DNA of 64,000 bases, taken from NCBI GenBank assembly GCA_048013815.1, contig CM106586.1, positions 24,469,334-24,533,333 on the forward strand. The letters run 5' to 3'. The stretch is from Setoptus koraiensis. Its lineage: Eukaryota; Animalia; Arthropoda. The position numbers and the translations under genes are program-made. The notes beneath the pieces are model-generated. The model did no database searches, had not been told where the DNA came from, and was given only the letters and a program-made list of their open reading frames with translations. This document shows positions 59,501 to 64,000 of the stretch, piece after piece (the first letter of the stretch is position 1; every line of letters starts with the position of its first letter).

Positions 59501-62500
59501 ACAATGATATCATGTCTAACAATCTCTCCCTATGTGAAATGAACTACCTACCACACACCCTAATGTCCAGTTCCACAGATCTTCACTCTACTCCCCTCTA
59601 GACAGAGACTCTTCTCCATACAAGAAATTAGAGAGAGAGATATGAAAGAGCGTAATCTCTTGTATTGACTACAAGAGACAAAAAAGATCATCTCACTAAA
59701 GTTAAATATGAAGTATTGATAGAAAGTAAAAATTAAACGAGAAACTGCTTCTAGAGAATAGACTCCAACATTAAGACTCAACAAGATCCCTAAGACACTA
59801 GATGAACCCTATCTATATCAAAAGAATCACGAGATAGAGACTAGATCAATAAGTAGATCAAATCTCTAGTATAGAATAGAGAGAGTGTGTAAGTAGTATA
59901 GTGAGAGTAAAGTGTGTAAGCATGAAGTACAAGAGACCTACTGTGAAGACAGGTGAGTGAAGGTGATAACTAAAGAAACAGAAAGAAAATTGAGCATATG
60001 TGTTGAAATACACAATAGTATACCGAAGCAATATCACCACGCTCAACTGTTCACCGTGTCCGTAGCTAACCTATTCTAGCACACACCAGACTCCCCATAA
60101 CTACTATAATACTCTCTCTACACACCCAGACTGATACTCATGATCAGTATCTTGTCCTCACCGAATGTACCCTCATTAGAGCCAATATCAACTAATCACA
60201 CCATAGTATCCAACCCTGTACGCATAGAACACGCATAGTTCATCACTGTAGTGTCATCTACTAACTAATCAACAAATTATCAAGAACTAACTGTCAAATT
60301 GAAGTGATTTCACCTAGAACTGAACTCATTGCACACGCACACTGGCTTCCCCTCCTACATCACTAACCTACTGTGTCTACTACACCGCCCCTCAATCCAC
60401 CCCTCTCCGCACCCTAACCAATCGACCCCATCACAAATCTGTCCCCAAGAACACCACGATCTCCATACCATCTCACGCACACCCTATGACAAACTTGTGT
60501 CATCATCACCATACTAACACTAGACTAGTGCTGTGCGCAGGTCCACTATATCCTTCTAACTGTGTGATGTTTTAGTCGTCAAGTCTTGGTGTCTACTATT
60601 AGAGTCAGTGTCGATGTGAGTAATTCCCCACTCGCTCTATTCCGAGATGTCGTTGTGCAACCACCAGTTTATGTACCAATTTATACAGAATACATCCTCA
60701 TGTGTCCAAGTCGTCACCAGACAAAAATTCTTCTCCCTTGTATGAGTACCTAGACGCCAATGCTGTGTCTCGTACACATTGTCACTAAGTGGATTACTCA
60801 AATAACCATACCACAAGTCGCATACTTCATGTCCCTGTGTTTAAACTAAACAACACCCCAATACCGCCATGTGATTTGTCACACTACCCCTATGTTACAG
60901 TCCCTCTCCGTAACCAGATAATTGCTCTCTTTCTAATGTGCTCTCACAGTACTTGATCAATTGCTCCTGTGTTATCTCCACACTCGTGACGCAATATCAC
61001 GAGTGTCCTGACTGTCCTCTTCTTAGATACATCAAAACACTTGCCACCGCGTACCGCCGCACCGATCCTCATAGCCTATTCAAATTATTAACCGCCACTA
61101 CAAATCCACTCCTAAAAATGTAAGAGTATGTGATCCTTCGTGCTATGTACCTCTACACACCCCAATCCAGTACACGCTAGACTCCTACTCTGATGTCAGG
61201 TCCTCTACTCAGTTGTCATATAGTTAAGTAGAAAATGTTTCTACCCCACCGCCAAAGGTTCTTAGTCTCTCTGATACCAACGTGTCCCAATCCCTTGAAA
61301 CGTTCAGATATTATAGTGTGTAGATGTAATGCCTTATATAGAGAACTACGTGAAAAGACTAAAATCATGATGTTGTGAAACTTTGTGATGTGACAGAGCT
61401 TGCGGACTTAAGATGAATGAGCATAAGCGGAAGTGTTATCAATCGCATGTGAGATTACATGCTTATAGCAGGCTAGATGAGTGCTCACACACTGAATTGT
61501 ACGTGCCACTCTCTACGGCACACTTGTGAATACATAGTATGTAATCTGAGGATCGGTGTGTTTAGACAGATACATAACTACAGAGATAAGAGGTCAGTGA
61601 AATGCGTGATAGCGTCTCAAGAACGTTGTGCAGCACAGAATCGAGTCGTGTGCGCATTAAGAGATCTGAGACTTGTCTCTCAGATCGAGCCTTAATAGAG
61701 TAACCGCATCAATGACAGAGCAGTCACACTCGTAGGATGAGACTCCGAGACGAGCAATGAACGCGTGGAAAACGCGTAGATAAAATTGAAGTGAGGACAA
61801 GAAGGGTTTGACACCTTGTATACATCATTGAAGAATATAGGTGAAGTATATAATGAAGTCAATGAGACAATAGTGTAGACCTCTCTGTTATGTGTAGGTC
61901 TCTCGATATAGAAGTTCTATCGTGTCGGAAGAATATGTAATTGTGTGAGGTAGAGGCGGTATTGACTCGCGCGCTAATAGAGAGCAAATAGTGTGTTCTG
62001 CTTGTGTGAAGTGTGAGTGAACCAACACTGAAGCTGTGATTTGTAAATTGTGTGTGTGTGTGCATCAGATAGTGTGGACGAAGAGTTATAAATGTCTATA
62101 TCAACACTATCGCCTCGCTGACTCGCTCAGCGACAGTCAATTAGGATATCATCATGTCTTTGGCAGATTTGTGGGTGTGATGTGCGAAATCTATCTGTTT
62201 GATGCATAATGTTGCGGTTCTGTGTGTGATCGATCGAGTTGCAAGGTAGACGAGATAGATGAGACGGTGTGTGTTGTTCAAGTGCACGAGATATTAACAC
62301 GAAGATGAAGATCACATAAGAGCGTGGTCTAGATGGTGTCATACTGCGGAATGGCAGAACTAAGTGCTGTATAGCTTTGCACCTATGGTTTTATTTATAT
62401 GAAATGACATTAGTGTTGTCTTAAAGATCGCACAAGAGAATGTCTATTAAGTCAGAGCTCTCAATGCATTTGATGATATCTTAGAAAGGCTTAAACGAAG

Positions 62501-63110
62501 CTGATCAGATTATCACTTCTAATCTATAATATTTACCATATGCTCGCGTTCGCAGTGTAGTGATGTAAATGCCTCTGATGAAGCCCGTACCGCTTGCGTA
62601 GGAGAAGAAGCCCGAATACTATGTATGGCGACAGAATTGTTTAAGCTCACAGAAAGACATTAGACACCTCATCGTGAAGAATGAGTAGGTGTGCTGACCA
62701 CAGAGAAGTAGCACCCATCGAGCAATAGGTGGATGGCAGATGAGTGTCTTGTGGTGAGCCTAACTCCGAAAAGAGAGTGTGTGGTACGCTCCTGCTCTCA
62801 GATGTTGTGTGCGCTGCAAGTGAGAAGTAGACGCACGCGGAAGGTTTATGAGATGCATCTACGCTCTCTCTGATGGATACTCCATAATCATCCACCAGAG
62901 ACCAAGTTCTGTTGCACGTAAACTCATGTACGCTAATAGACTTACTATTATCTGCGCAACTAGTACTGTGTGTCTCCGCTAACACTGATCGATGCTCTCC
63001 CTCGATAACATGTGACACTCCGCAGACGCTCAGCCTCATTTTATAAACCGTGTTAGACGACTTGGACTGGTGCATAGAGGTGGACGTAGCGAGCGTGTGC
63101 AAGTGTCTAG
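56600..63110. other. Compositionally aberrant segment, probably low-accuracy gap-fill sequence
   Basis: 56600-57700 has about 0-2 G per 60 nt on the plus strand. The skew flips in blocks (purine-rich ~59570-60020 and ~61300-63100). No credible ORFs and no clean microsatellites. Confidence 0.65.
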
Positions 63111-63116
63111 GATCTC

Positions 63117-63410
63117 TTGAGAATCGATGTGCCTGAGAGATCTTGCTCTACCAACAGCTCTATAATTTCAGCTGTAGCTTGTGGCGGTGCAGCGATTATT
63201 CTTCTGAAAATATTTCTGTTTAATAGTGGCAGTAACCATATATATGTTCAAGACTCAGTGAAAGGCCAGACATCAAAGAATTTATGTTTTCTAGCAGCAA
63301 TATATGAACATCAGCGGATTGGTGATACAAATAAACCGTATAATGCTACTTGGGCTGCAAACATCAATCTGCTGGTTTATGAACGTGTTGCAGAAGTGGC
63401 ATCGAGAAAG
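63117..63410 (+). CDS. Vanin/biotinidase (pantetheinase-like, nitrilase fold), upstream exon; start uncertain
   Basis: FLAAIYEHQ...NINLLVYERVAEVASRK followed by donor AAG|gtgaga; hydrophobic segment near the N-terminus. No ATG at the 5' edge, which abuts the noisy sequence. Confidence 0.8.
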
Positions 63411-63531
63411 GTGAGAATTAATCCAAACAGATTATTCATGTGAATGTCGTTTGCAATGTGAAATGCGCCCTATTAACTCTTCTATGCTAACCAACGACCA
63501 AACTAAATATCCATTCAACGAAATCATGTAG

Positions 63532-64000
63532 GGAGCCGCCATTATTGTTTTCCCCGAATCATCACTGTATAAATCTTTTAATCGGGATATTTTGAATACA
63601 GTTGTAGAGGAAATACCAGACCCAAAGGATAAGAGCTCCTATTGGAATCCTTGTAATCAGCGAAAACATTTCGAGCGGACCAGTCCCAAGATAACACGAT
63701 TGAGCTGTTTGGCGAAACGGCTCCGCATCTACATTGTGGTCAATTTGAGCGAGAAACAACCATGTAATCCCGCAACAAACAAAGATTGTCCAAAGGATGA
63801 ACATTTTAATTACAACACAGATGTTGTGTTTGATGGCAATGGCAACTTAATAGCCAGATACAGAAAATATAGTATTTTCAACGAAGAGTTATTTCATAAT
63901 GTCCCCTCAAAACCAGAAAGAATTGTATTTGATACACCATTTGGAAGGATGGCTGTGTTTACATGTTTCGACATGGTGTTCGACAAACCGGCTATTGATG
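63532..64000 (+). CDS. Vanin/biotinidase, next exon (runs off the window; absent from the ORF track)
   Basis: Acceptor catgtag|GGA. GAAIIVFPE...YNTDVVFD...LIARYRKY...TPFGRMAVFTCFD contains the Glu-Lys-Cys catalytic triad; 121-bp intron. Confidence 0.93.

Noticed and set aside
1-64000. tRNA, rRNA and spliceosomal snRNA genes
   Set aside because: No T-loop GGTTCGA(A/G)TCC cloverleaf context and no U1/U2/U4/U5/U6 or rRNA signatures seen by eye; tRNAscan-SE or Infernal would be needed to exclude them fully.

Overview
Eukaryotic, intron-poor, microsatellite-rich genomic DNA, most consistent with a compact arthropod genome such as an acariform or gall mite (inference from gene style, not verified). 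No rRNA, tRNA or CRISPR array was found. (1) 1-10.8 kb is a transposon cluster. It holds a deleted hAT element, an intact solo 514-aa viral-type envelope/fusion glycoprotein gene with no gag/pol/LTR, and a 2.5-kb Helentron-like non-autonomous insertion carrying a 157-bp satellite. It also holds two adjacent TIR elements with 8-bp TSDs and different TIRs that share a near-identical 161-bp hairpin-rich core. (2) 13.1-30.4 kb, minus strand: the 3' part of a tandem MyTH4-FERM myosin and, across a 500-N gap, the 5' part of a PLEKHG5-family RhoGEF with a >2100-aa polyQ/N N-terminus. (3) 30-44 kb is largely non-coding with simple repeats and a few decayed fragments. (4) 44.4-51.9 kb: intact TAF9 (-) and COPA (+), flanked by reciprocal pseudogene remnants of each other, with an AP-2 mu fragment embedded in the COPA remnant. 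(5) 56.6-63.1 kb has extreme base skew and is probably uncorrected long-read sequence. (6) 63.1-64 kb is the start of a vanin/biotinidase gene. All alignments, folds and counts were done by eye.
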